Both the position numbers and the translations under genes were made by a program. Under the pieces are notes generated by a model. It saw only the letters and a list, made by a program, of their open reading frames with translations. It was not told the DNA's origin and ran no database searches. From positions 30,258,001 through 30,322,000 of the forward strand of contig NC_087437.1 of the NCBI RefSeq assembly GCF_036321535.1: a DNA stretch of 64,000 bases. The letters are read 5' to 3'. The stretch comes from Camelus dromedarius (Eukaryota). Of the stretch, positions 51,101 through 63,280 are shown one piece after another. Position 1 is the first letter of the stretch; each line of letters opens with the position of its first letter.

Positions 51101-53176
51101 AAATAATAGTCACAGACACACTGGACACTGGTTCAGGAAGGTCAGTTTGTATTCAATCTCTGTTCAAATAACAGCTCATCAAGATACACAGTTATATAGA
51201 GTCCACAGCTTCCAAAGTGACAGATTTTAACCCTCTGACATTCCTGCAAAACCTGTCTGGTGGTAGTTGTGCTCGGATTGCAAGAAGTTGCTAACATCTG
51301 TTTTTAACTAAGAGACCATCCAGGAATTCTTATCCACTCATTTTCTACTCAACTTAGTGGCTAAGCAGATGTAGGATGAAAAAGAGTGACGCTCCTAACT
51401 AAAGCCTCATTTCTCCCATTCACTTACTTATTCACTGTTTTCGTCAAATAATATTAAGTGCTTGGTGGCACCCAGCATGTCTAACAGGCCGGGGTCCTAC
51501 ATGCTCACAGCCTAGTGGGGAGAGGAACAGGTAAATCAGTGAGGACAGTGCAGTGTGGGGAGCACTGGGATAGGGGCACTCGAGGCAGGAAGGGCAGGCA
51601 GAGGAGGGTCATTAAATCAGCTGGGAGTTGATCAGGGAAAGCTTTGCAGAATAGGTGTCATTATAATGATTGCATCTGGTTGCTTCAGAAAATTTTGTAA
51701 AAGCAAAACAAAACAACAGAAACACCTTGTGGCCCTAACCTAGTTAGCTATTAGGGTTTCTAGGGATAAACCCTGTGCATGGCAAGTGGTCATGTCAGGA
51801 ACAAGAAGATCACTGGCAACTGAAGGGCAAAGCCAAGCTTAGCCACTGATGGTCATCCCTGCCGGCCCAATAATCCATCCCCTTACAATCTTTTAACTTA
51901 AAATAAAGGCAGAGGGAATACCCAGAAAGAAATTGAGGAAGCTGATGGCACAGCAGGATGAAAAATAGGATCTGGGACTTGGGAAGCTAAATGCCAGTTA
52001 CAGTCCCCTTGCCCACCTCCTCTACAGTCCTGGAGAGAGGGGAGGGACAGAAGATTCAGCAACAATTGGGCTGACACATTTGCTCTGGTACCTTGTTCAC
52101 TTCCTGAAATCTCCATGCTGTTTCCTTCTCCTTGTCCACATCTACGATTTCAAAAGCACTGCTGTCTAGACTGAACCTAATCTTGCAGCCCCATCCAGTC
52201 CTACTCAGTTCTCATAAACATGAGCAGTAAACCAAGCAAAATTGTTGAAAAATGCCTCTGCTGCAGGTGGGTGGAAGGATCTTCACTCCATCTTCTTGAT
52301 GTCTTCCTGTCCCATTCCAAGTGCCAAGTCACAGATTAGAGCAGCTTCTGGACTATATTCACTGACCTCTTAATCCTCACTTTTGGGCCACATAAAGGAG
52401 CTGACATCTGATGTCTAGGGACCTTCGGAACTATTACCTCATATATAAATCCTTGAATTCTTCCCTGAAATATGTTGTCAAAAACCATAAGAATTTTGTA
52501 AAAATTTGTTTAATGTTGCTATTTTGGCAGCATTTTCCTCTGGTTTCCTTGGAGCCTCTTCTGCATCACTCGTTCCCCAGGTGCTTGCAGTGCACTTGTG
52601 TGTGCTGGACACTGTGGGATAGGGGTGGCCCTCAAGAAGCTTCCAGTTTAGTGAAGAACACAGACAAGTGAAGGAAACCTTCGGGAGACTCAGCTTCATC
52701 ATTTTATAGGTAACTTCAGAAAGACTAATTGACAATATTGATTATTAAACATAGGGATAGGGCAGGGCATTTTTTCATGTTGGCCGCAAAGCTAGCTTGT
52801 GGGTACTTTTGAGAGCAATTTACTGAGGCTTTCTTTGTACTCCCAGAAAAGGTGTCAAGGATTTCAGTCATATGTCTAGTTGACATTTCTGTCTGTATTG
52901 AAGTAGAATTATAATTAATCACGTAAGCAAGAAAATCCTGAGTAGAATCCTTTTCAAAAAGAAATTTTATTTCTTAACACTAGACTAAAAATAGATGGGA
53001 TACAAAACAAGGGCTCCATGTTAAAAGTCGTTGATGAAACACCAGCGCACATATTTGTAGGTTGTTGTGGAGCAAGAAAGACGAACGTACTGAAAAGACT
53101 GCAAGTACATTGTCTTAATTAAGCACATTAAGGATTACATGAATTTATGCAGCTTCCACATTTTTGCTTTCCTTCC

Positions 53177-53752
53177 TGTGTTAAGCAGCCTCTAAAATGC
53201 CCCCCCCCCCCCGTGATCCCTGCCCCCTGGCATTCACGCCTTTGTGTAATCCTCTCTTGCTCAGTATGGGCTGTGGACCCAGTGACTCCTTTCTAATGAA
53301 TAAAGTAAGCAAAAGTGGTGGGATGTCACTGCTGAGATTAGGTTACACAAAGGCTTTGACTTCATCTTGCTAACTCTCCCTCTGCTCTCTTGCTTTGAGG
53401 GAAACCAGCTGCCCTATGAGTGAGCTTGCCCCACATGACGAGACACTGAGGGTTTCCAGCCAACATGCGGCACAGAACTGAGGCCCTCAGTTCAACAACC
53501 CATTAAAAAATGTAATCTTGGCACAACCACACGGGTCAGCTTGTAAGCAGATCCTCCTCCAGTGGACTGGAGGTGACTGCAGCCCAAATGACGTGACAAC
53601 ACCTTGATCACAGCCTCATAGAGGCCTTGAGTCAGAGATCCAGCTGAGCTGCACCCAGATTCCTAACCCAAGAAATTGAGAGATAATAAATAGCTGTTCT
53701 TTTCAACCATTAAGTTCGGGGAGTAATTTATTGAGGAGCAATAGATATCACA
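53177..53752 (+). mobile_element. MaLR solo LTR (MLT1F-like)
   Basis: tgtgttaagcagcctctaaaatg...ggcattcacgcctttgtgtaatcc...gggatgtcactgctgagattaggtta...cccagattcctaacccaagaaattgagagataataaa...gcaatagata. Confidence 0.88.
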
Positions 53753-54305
53753 TGCCCCTTCCTCTGAAAAACGAAGAAACTTTGAAGTGGCTCTTGAAAG
53801 AAATAAAAGTCTGCTTTTGCAGAACCGTGAGCAAGTGGAGATTCAGTCGATCTTGTCATAATTGTCCTTATTTCTTTGTTTTCCCTCCTGTACGCTCTAC
53901 TACCCCAGGCATGGAGGGTTAGAAGGAGCTGCAGAAGTTCCTCAGAGGAAAGGCTCTGAGTGCAGGGCAAGCAAGGTCTGGGCACGAGGAGGCATGGGCA
54001 AAACGCTGCTGCTCACGTCTTCCAGAGAGGCTCCATTTTCACCTATTTCACAAAGTGAGATTCCACATAAAATTTCATGTGCAGAAAGCATCTCAATCAA
54101 AAAGCAAGTCTGAGATCTCAAAAAGCACTTATCTAGCACTTGTTCTTTCCAGGACAAAGGGCTGGGAGCTCAAAGGGATGAGCTTTATTCCTGGGTCTGC
54201 TACACAGTTCTCTGAGTCCTAGTTTCCTCCTGTCTCAACTGGAGATTAAATTATTTATCCTACCCCTATCCCAGGGTCGTTGGGAGCCTTATCTGCAAGG
54301 ACTGA

Positions 54306-54323
54306 GCGTGCCATCTGGTGGCC
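54306..54323 (-). promoter_or_regulatory. CTCF binding motif
   Basis: Reverse complement reads GGCCACCAGATGGCACGC, matching core CCACCAGATGGCAC. Confidence 0.6.
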
Positions 54324-54369
54324 TGGGGCACTCCAGCCACATAGCTCGGGGCTTGTTCTCTTATTTCAT

Positions 54370-54650
54370 GCAGGATTCTACGCAAATGTGACCTCCTGCA
54401 CAGATCACCTCCTCCATCCCATCACTGACTTTTTTTATCATCTCATTTATTGCTAGCTGATACCTATTTTGTTTATTTCTTTGAACTTTTTGTTTCAATT
54501 TATTTATCTACCTCACCCTGGGATACAGGCTCCAGGAGGGCACAGACTTGAGTCTGGTTGTATTCCATATTCTCAGCAGTAAGAACACTGCCTGACAGCC
54601 ATGGGTGCTCCATAGATATTCATTGAATAGGAATGAATGAATGAATGAGT
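54370..54650 (+). mobile_element. LINE-2 3' end
   Basis: aggctccaggagggcacagact...gtgctccatagatattcattgaataggaatgaatgaatgaatga. Confidence 0.8.
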
Positions 54651-55799
54651 AAAATGAGGCAATGGCATGTGCCCTTGATGTATTTAATGTGAAATTCTGG
54701 AATAAGTTCTTACGGAACTGCTGGGTAACAGCATCCTTTGGAGGCAAGCACAACAGTAACAAACTTACCCCCACCTCCGGGATAAGTTACTACCCCTCCG
54801 TATTTTCAAAGTAACCAAGAGTTTCCAAACCAGCTAATTCGGCCACACATTCTCTTTTTAATTTGATTTTTCAAAAGAAAATGCTACATAAGATTAAAGC
54901 ATAGCTGCCACTCTTCCCCCACATTCCCGCGCACGCCACATTATTGGGCATTATTGCTTGGATGTGCTCCCTCAAAGAATCTGTGATGAGGTTTACATGC
55001 CAAGCTTGTGTGACAACTCCCCCACCCCGCTGGCATCTGGAAAGCTTCCAGACCCTTAGCTGAGGGAAGCAGAACTTAGAGGCAAAGGAGAAACAAAGTC
55101 GCCAGTTATGTTTCTTCATAATGTGAGGCTTTGTTTTGTGATACAGTTTAGATTCCTGAGTTGGGTTTAAGAAGTCATTTGTCAATAATATAATATGAAG
55201 CAAAACTAAAGAACAGCAAACAGTTTTTTTTTTTTTTTTAAATTTCTCTTCCTATTACAGTATAAAAATTGATTCAGGACTGCTAAACTTTTGAAATGGC
55301 TTGAAATTATTTAACATCAAGTAATGCATTTTTAAGTGTTTCTGTGTATGTGAGGGATATAAATTACTAACCCAGAGTGTTAAAGTAGAATTTTTTAGAA
55401 ATATTTTTAGAGTCAGAAACAGTATTTTTCCCCAGTGATTTATTCCTTTATAGAGAACAGGTAACCAAAGAGTTGGCTTTTCTTCCTGCTTTGTACATGC
55501 CTTGTTTTCAAGGTGAAGCTCATTAGCAGACAGCACAAGCTGAATCCCGATTTTCTAGCCTCCAAGGATAATCTGAAGAATGATGAGGATTAGCGCATTC
55601 TTAAATAGGTATGCACAAACTCCACTGAGTTTGCCACCTCAGCAAACTGGTCTCACCTTCATTCTGCCCTGAGGCAGGGCTAAGGCTCAGCTCCCAGCAT
55701 GTGCCTGGGAATACGGGTTGTTTCCATCCAGTATCTGTTGCAATTGGGCTGATACATATCCAGGTGAGTTGTTGCCTGTGTCTTGTTAAGTATCCTAAA

Positions 55800-56238
55800 T
55801 ATTGTTCTTCACTCTGCCCCTGAATTCTCTCTGGGAATGTAGGTGGCCCAAGAGATACTTAGGACTAAAGACATAACCTTGGCTGCAGAGGTTGGCTCAG
55901 GGGTGGGCAAGTGAGAGAACCTCAGATCTGGCTGGTAATTTCAGGGCACAAATTTTCTTGCTTGTTCTAGATGGTGGGAGGTATAGTTGTGAGGACTGGA
56001 TCTGCTGCAGTCATGTTGTCACCATGAGGAAAACCAGCATGAGGGGGAAGCTGATGCACAGGGAAGAACAGAGCTAGAGTATGGCAGAAAGTTGTAGGTA
56101 AAGCCCTACAGAAATTGTACCTAAAGCATACTCTACCTCTGAACTTCTGAGCTATGTAAGTTAATATATTCTCTTGAATGATTTAGCCAATTCAGTATGG
56201 AATTTTTATAACTTGAAACAAAAATAACTCCAGTGATT
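55800..56238 (+). mobile_element. Old MaLR LTR (MLT1J/K-like)
   Basis: gctgcagtcatgttgtcaccatgagg...ctacctctgaacttctgagctatgtaagttaata...tttagccaattcagtatggaattttt. Confidence 0.65.
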
Positions 56239-56879
56239 AAGGGAGGAATTTATCATGAAGGAGGGGGAGGGTACTGTTTTTACAGATATCATCTCTGGAT
56301 GTCCAAAAACTTATGGTGAAAAAGCTACAATTTATATCTCTTATTTCTATTACTTTACACTGCTATTAAATTTAGTATTAAAGCAGCCCTGTAAGAAAAG
56401 AAATATCCCACTTACCAAAGGGGCCAAATAAAGCTCAGGGAGGATGCATTTCCAAGACGAGCCAGCCAGATGATCAAACCAGAATTGAAACCTAGGACTG
56501 CTTGACTGTAAAATTTTACAATACCCCCAGCATCCCATGCTACATCACCTCTCCTGCACTTCACTGCTATACTGGACTAAATTGTGAGGCGCCTTACCTG
56601 CCACATGGTGAGTTTCAGAGGCTTTTATCTTGGGGGAGGAGGGCCATGCCACAGCACAGACTCTTTTGAGAACCTGTTGAAATCTATTGACACTGTTCTT
56701 ATGAAAAACATGCTTAGTGTTCATAAAACAACTTTTTGAGTGTAATTTCTGAGAGTTCACAGACCTCCGTGAAGGCCATTTATGCACTTCTTTATTCCTG
56801 CATTCCCAGTTTGAGAACTCTAGTGTATTCTTTGTAGAACCACAGACAATTTTAAGTTTAAGAATTGGACATAACCTGA

Positions 56880-57400
56880 TTTGCATTCTGAAAACATAAT
56901 TCTGGTAGCTTCCAGAAGACAGACTGGAGGGGAGAATGGCTGCAGGTAGGAAGCTGCATTAGCAGTTTAGGGCAGAATGCATTTGTGAGAGCATGAGGCT
57001 GGAGTTCATCCCAGTGAGAGGGCAGAGAAAATGTGTAATGTGTGGGATATAAAGAATGCAGCAGAAAGAGGCTCTGGAGACGGCTCCAAGGTCCTTACAT
57101 TAGGTGACTTGGCAGAGGGATATAATTAGCCAGGAGAATAAATACAAATAAGTGCAGCAGATGAAAAAATGAATTAAAACGATCAATACTGTGATAAAGG
57201 ATGTGACTTAGAATTAAGGTTTACGTGAGTACTGTTCTCTGACTGATGAGAATAAACAGGGTTGAGAGGGCAAGAAGCAGAGAAGAGTTGCAGGTATAAG
57301 AAACATCTAAGAGGAGGGAAAATTGCCAAGGAAAACAGGCCAAGGGAACGTTGAAGAGTGTGTTTGCTTTTTTTCAAGAGAATATTTCAATTTTTATGCA
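56880..57400 (-). mobile_element. LINE-2 fragment
   Basis: gatttgcattctgaaaacataattctggtagc...agactggaggggag...ggctccaaggtcc. Confidence 0.55.
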
Positions 57401-59253
57401 ATCTGCATTTCCCAGGTCATACTGACCTGAGAGTAAAAATAGGAACAGAAGAGCAGAAATAAATAGTAATTTTTTGGATTGACTCTCTTTACCATGTACC
57501 AAACTCTTCACATGTGTGTGAGCAGATCTGTTGCTTTTTCTGCCCTAACTGCTCAGTTAATACCTGGGAGCTGCATCGATCTGCTCAAGAGGCAGCTGGT
57601 CTTGTCTCTTGCTCAGACCTGGAGGGCTGGTCCATGTTCTGCTTTGTTCCTTGCTCTCAGGTGTTCTCAGGGACCAGAAATGGGTAAAGGACCCTCCTTT
57701 GTATCTCCTAAATCAATACCCTGGTGAGGGGAAAAGAGGTAGATGTTTTTATCATATGGTTGACAGTCCTTTCCACTGACTGCCCTCCTTTCCACCTCTC
57801 TCTCACTCCTCCCTAGGAAACCTAAAGACAGATAGTTCACTGAATTCAAGATTGCTACCCTCCCTCTATCTCTGACCTAGGAATTAGTTTGTATACTTCA
57901 AATTTCTCTCCTTCAGATGTCTTCTTGCCTCTCTTGCAAGTTAGCTGGTGGAACATCATTCTATTAGCTTCTCTAGAAACAGCCATTGGTATAAACCCCA
58001 GGGGTAAAACATTTTGTGTGTACATCATGCTATATCCTGAGATAACACAATGATTTTTAAAAAAAGTGAAATCAGGAAATACTGTTTGATGTTACTTGGT
58101 TGTTGATATAGAATTACATTTAAAAAAATTCCAGTGTAAAACTTTTTTTTCAACATTTAATGACACACAACAGCCACAACCACAGAAAAGTTGTATTGAT
58201 TTAATGTCTAGATTTTTGTTATATAGATAGCTCAATATCATCTCAAGGAACTGAATTATACACTGAAAATAGAAACCCAAATTATCTTGGCTCTTGATTT
58301 ATGCTGATACATGAAACCATAAGCGAGAGTAGAAGACTTGGCTTTTTAGAGTAAGACTCAAACGAACACCGCTAGCTTCTGTGGTTTTCCAGGCCATGCT
58401 TGAATTGCTGGAGTGTGTATTCTGTGGGGAGTCTCTTTCCTGGGAAACATCACCACATCACTAATTTGCTTTGAGTAGAAAAAGCAAAATGAAAATACAC
58501 TACCAAAAGAAAAGAAGTTAAAAAAAAAAAAAGACAGTAAAATGTCAAATTCTACAGTTAGAATTGGGCTCAAAATTCACATTTGGAACTGTCAGATTAA
58601 TCCCTACCATCAGCTTCCTCCAGATTTACAGATACCAAACATTTTTATATTTCACAACAGACTCTGAGTATCATGGACCAAAAGGAAGGATGGAGTGTCT
58701 GAAAACATTTTACAGCAACCTCGAAGCAGCTTGACAAAACAAGTAGAAAAAATTAAGAAGCAATAGCATTACACAGACAGCCAAGTGTGCTTGGAATCAG
58801 TCAGCAATGGAGAAGAACTTTCTGGAGGAAATGCTTAAAGCCAAATGTGAGTGTGATAGAGAGTCAAACATGTCTCACAACTAATGATGCAGCCACAAAT
58901 GGCCTTGGCGCACTCTACAAAGGGCTGATGGCTGTTTCTCAGGTTTTTCCAATCCACTGGTCACACACCTAGCAGTCGCTATGGGGAAGGACATTCTTGT
59001 AAGCAACACTGCCACAGCCATTGATACAGATTCTTTGAAAACCTCCGCACCCAGTCATTCCCTATGTTGAAGGCTGCCCTTGCAGGTTTAGGAACAGAGG
59101 TAACCATTTCAAGTCTGTAAGGGAAAATGTTTTTCCCCCTAGGTTTATTGAGATGTAATTAACATGTAACATTATTTAAGGTATGCAAGGTGATGTTTTG
59201 ATACATATGTATTGCAAAACAATTACCAAAACAAGGCTAGTTAACATACCTAT

Positions 59254-59257
<4 letters not shown>

Positions 59258-59288
<31 letters not shown>
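59258..59288. repeat. (TG)15 microsatellite within the L1
   Basis: Seen directly. Confidence 0.95.
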
Positions 59289-59289
<1 letters not shown>

Positions 59290-59558
59290 TTGTGAAAACA
59301 TTGAAAATCTACTTCCTTAGGAACTTTGAAGTATACAATACAATAGTGTCAACTAATAATCATCATGCTGTACATTACATCCCCAGAACTTACTCATTTT
59401 CTAAACGGAAGTTTGAGCCGTTTGGCCACCTTCACCCATTTTCCTGACTCCCCCACTTCTGCCCTGACAACCATCAGCCTACTCTGTTTCTGTCAGTTTA
59501 GTTTCTTTAGATTCCACATTTAAGTGAGATCATAAAGCGTTTTGTCTTTCTCTGTCTC

Positions 59559-59742
59559 CTTTTTTATTGAAGCATAGTCAGTTTACAATGTTGTGTCAGT
59601 ATCTGGTGCACAGCATAATGTTTTAGTCATACATATATATATATACATATACACATACATATATATACATATATTCCTTTTCATATACTTTAGCTTACTA
59701 AAAGATATTGAATATAGTTCTCTGTTCTATACAGTAGAAACT
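59559..59742 (-). mobile_element. Younger lineage-type L1 extreme 3' fragment nested in the older L1
   Basis: tttttattgaagcatagtcagtttacaatgttgtgtc, nearly identical to the start of the 1889 copy. Confidence 0.85.
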
Positions 59743-59999
59743 ACCACTTATTTCATTTAGCACAAGGCCCACAAATTTCATCTATGTTGTCACAAATGAC
59801 AGAATTTTCTTCTTTTTGTGGCTGAATAATATTCATAAACATGATATCTCAATTTCTTTATCCATTCATCTTTATCCATACATCTCTTGACAGACTCTTA
59901 GACTTTTTCATGTCTTGTTTATCATAAATAATGCTGCAATGAGCATGGGGGTGCAGATATCTTTTTAAGATAATGATTTTATTTTCTTCAGATATGTAT

Positions 60000-60370
60000 T
60001 TCCTCATTTATTTAGACCTTTTAAATTTATTTCAGTGATAATTACAGTTTTCTGAATAGAGGTCTTAGACATCATTTGTGAGATTTCTTCCTAAATAATC
60101 ATGTTTTTTATGCTCTTGGAAAAGTAGTTTTTTAACTAAGTTTTTGCTGTTGGTATTAGAAATATAATTAATTTTGCCAATAGTGACTTTGTATCCACCA
60201 ACCTTGTAAAACTCACTTATCAATTTTAATAGTTTACTTATAGATTAGTTTGTATGCTCTGTAGGTAAAAATCACACATCTGAAATTCCAATTTCAGTTC
60301 TTTTCCTTACTTTATAGGACTGCCTATAAAGTGATGAGGACTGCCAATGCTACATTGAATAATCTTGACT
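60000..60370 (-). mobile_element. Old L1 ORF2 fragment
   Basis: cagttttctgaatagaggtctt...gactttgtatcccacaaccttgtaaaactcacttat. Confidence 0.7.
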
Positions 60371-61149
60371 TAATTTAATGGACTTTTGTCAAATTTTATT
60401 CGCTGGGCTTCAAATTTTGCTCATTTGAGAAAGGTGCTGTTTTTTAATTCTCTTTCTCTAAAAATTTTGATTGAGCTACAATAGTTCTGTTCCTTAAAAA
60501 ATCAGTCAAAGTACAGGTATCTGGGGGTTCCTTAGAGCAATCAATTTAAGAAAAATAATGCAGGCATAAACTCTGCTAGGTGAATGAAAGATTACATAAA
60601 TAACCTTTATGTCTAGAAATATGTGGAAGATAGAGTATGTTTTAATCACAGTATTGCTGGATTTACGTTACATTTTTTTCCTATGAAGAATTCACAGAGC
60701 TTTAATACTTAATTTATCTTTATCATGTGATATAAGTAGCAAAGTATAAATTGACTGTTATCCCCCACTTGAGGATGAATATGAAGCCCAGAAAAACTGA
60801 CATTTCCTAAGCTGGCAGCAGAGGCAGCATAGAACACAGAATTCCTGAATCTCAGAAAATTAAGCTTCCCTTTCCCAAATTCTCTTTCCATAAGGCTTTA
60901 AAACTTTTTCCCTAAATATTTGGAATAGTTACCTCTGTCCCCAAACCTGCAAAATCAGCCTTCACTACAGAGAATAATGAGTTCAGGAGGTCTTCAAAGA
61001 ATCTATAACTGCCACTATTCTTTCTGGGAGATGTCCTAAGGCACGGTTATGGCTATATGTGTGCTCAGAGGATTGGAAAAGCCTGAGAAGCAGCTAACAG
61101 CCCTTAGTAGATTCTTTCTACTTTCAGAGTTAGAGCTGTACCATTTCAC

Positions 61150-61530
61150 TTATGTTTAGTGCTTTTTGTATGTTGCTTAACAAATCTTTTCTTGCTCTAA
61201 GATCATAAAGATACTCTTCTATATTATCTGTCTGTCTGCCCATCTCTCTCTCTCCACCTAGAATTTATATTTTGCTTTGAGGTAGGAATAAAGTCTCAGT
61301 TTTTCCAATGCTGATATTTTAATTGACCCAGTAGCTTAATTGCAAAGACTTATTCTTTCCCCATTGGTTTATGGTGTCAATATTATCATTTATCAAGTGT
61401 CTGTATTGCACGGGTGCTTTGGGGGCTCCCTATTCTATATCAATGTATTCTACATGTATATTAGTCAATACTTCATTGTTTTAATTAATGTTTCTTTTTA
61501 GTAAGTCTTGATGCCCAGTAGTGTAAGTCT
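61150..61530 (-). mobile_element. Old L1 ORF2 fragment
   Basis: aagatcataaagatactcttctat...aattgacccagtagcttaattgcaaagacttattctttccccattg. Confidence 0.6.
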
Positions 61531-62679
61531 GGAGAGGGTCTGAGGAATGGGTTCTCTTTGCAGATGCTGCCTTAGGACTTGGTCCTGTTTTGGGTGTGGA
61601 GGAGTGAATGGGAGAGAGAAGGGCACAGAGACCCTTCTCAGGGATCCAGCAAAATTCCAGCTTTCTGTACTTCTCCTCTGACTCATTTTCTTTCCCTTCC
61701 AAGAGACACTTATCTTGTCTCTGTAATGAAAAACCCATGCCCTTTGACTCATTATGTATCCTTCCAAGTCCATTTTTTATGTTCTGAGTTCTTCCCTAAC
61801 ACTCTCATGAGAGAAAGGCTGTTGAAGCTGAGAAGTTGCGATTTACTTCTGCTTTCTGTTGCATCATCTCTCCCCTGAGGTAATGAATTATTATGACTGA
61901 ATTGGTAGAAAAGCAAAAATTATAAGAAAATGTTGAGGAGAAAACTTTAAATCATATCTTAAAATACCATCCTACCCAATTTGTCTACAGTTCAGAAGAT
62001 AAATATGGGTCAAAGGTAAACATTGGGAAATCATGAGCAAACTGATGAGTGACAGTTAAGATGTTGGCAAAAGGCTTATTATAAATTATACAAACTAAAA
62101 TTAATTGCCCTCTTATCTGAAAGTTCATTCTACAACTTGCTCAACAATGGTCAGGGAAAGTTTTCAGTCAGGGCAAATTAAAATAACTATGTCACAACTG
62201 TCTTCACTGAATCAAATGAACTGCTTCTATTTGGTTATTATGGCATTCTCTTGAGCCTAAGTTTATGGTGTCCACAGTGGTTTCTGTAGGACCTGGTGAC
62301 CGCCTATTTAGAATTCCTATTATAATCAAATCATCTAAGATGGATAATATGCACTATTTTAAAATGTTGTCTTAATATACTAAAAAATGGAAAAAGTAAA
62401 AATAAATGCTTTTGAAATATGATTTAATATTTCCACTTTGGGTATACTCACAATAAAGTTGGTCATTTTCATAATTTCACAACTACTTTTTAAAAATTCA
62501 TTTTTAAATAAATTTATAGAATTAATGAATTCTTTCATGAAGGAATTTCTTGGAAATGAACAAAAGCAAAAAGCCAGTTTTCAAGCCTATTAATTTGCCA
62601 TCTTCTTCCCATTAGCAACCATTAAAAGTGCTTGTGCTGCTTTCTAGGCTGTTAGTCCCTGTTGTAGGCAGAACTGCAT

Positions 62680-63280
62680 AGCACTAGCTCTATGCTGGTG
62701 ACTCCACTGTCAGTATTTTTGCTCTCAGATTATAGATCCAAGTACTTATTGAATATCCTTGATTGACCATTTACTCAGGTGCCCAGGATCTGAATGTCAT
62801 TCTTGAGTTCTCTCTTTCCCTTATCCCTCAATAAATTACCAAAGCTTCTTGGTTATTCCCACATGTTTTTGAATCTCTTTGTTTCTCTCCTTACTATCAC
62901 CACCCTAAGCCAGATGATTATCATCAAGGGCCTGAAAAACAAAAAAAGACATTCCTGCTTCCACTCTTGTCATCCTCTATTCCATCATCCACACTGCAGC
63001 CAACAACATCTTTCTAAATGGCACATCTGACCACTCTGTTCCCTTACTTAAAAGTTTTAATTGCATCATATTGCCAAAACACCAACCCCTTTTCTGGCTA
63101 CCCAAAGCAGGATAATGTGTTCTTTCTGACGTCCCTTCTTAGAATCCATTGTGATTTGACTTTCTCTTTTCCTCTCTATAAGGAAAGAAACTATTTTTCT
63201 TGCTTATTATTGTATCCCAAATCTCTAGGGCATAAACTCAAGTAAATTTTTGTTAAGTTAATAAGAGACTGGATAAATAA
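62680..63280 (+). mobile_element. LINE-2 fragments
   Basis: gtcattcttgagttctctctttccct, ctattccatcatccacactgcagccaac, tttctaaatggcacatctgaccac. Confidence 0.65.

Larger units (their letters stand above)
59140..59995 (-). mobile_element. L1MA-like 3' end containing (TG)n and interrupted by a younger L1 fragment
   Basis: ggtttattgagatgtaattaacat, catgctgtacattacatccccagaactta, gattccacatttaagtgagatc, aataatgctgcaatgagcatgggggtgcagatatc. Confidence 0.88.

Noticed and set aside
53025..53100. C/D-box snoRNA (TTGATGA...CTGA with AGTC/GACT stem)
   Set aside because: Non-canonical C box, short, and no rRNA or snRNA antisense element that I can recognise; compatible with chance.
54982..55063. C/D-box snoRNA (GTGATGA...CTGA)
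   Set aside because: No convincing terminal stem or guide sequence.
58807..58852. Possible first coding exon MEKNFLEEMLKAK followed by GTGAGT
   Set aside because: No promoter features, no downstream partner exon, and the peptide is not recognised.
1889..61530. Inferring host-gene strand from TE orientation bias
   Set aside because: Most L1s are on the minus strand, but most LTR/ERV pieces are on the plus strand; the signals conflict and the counts are small.
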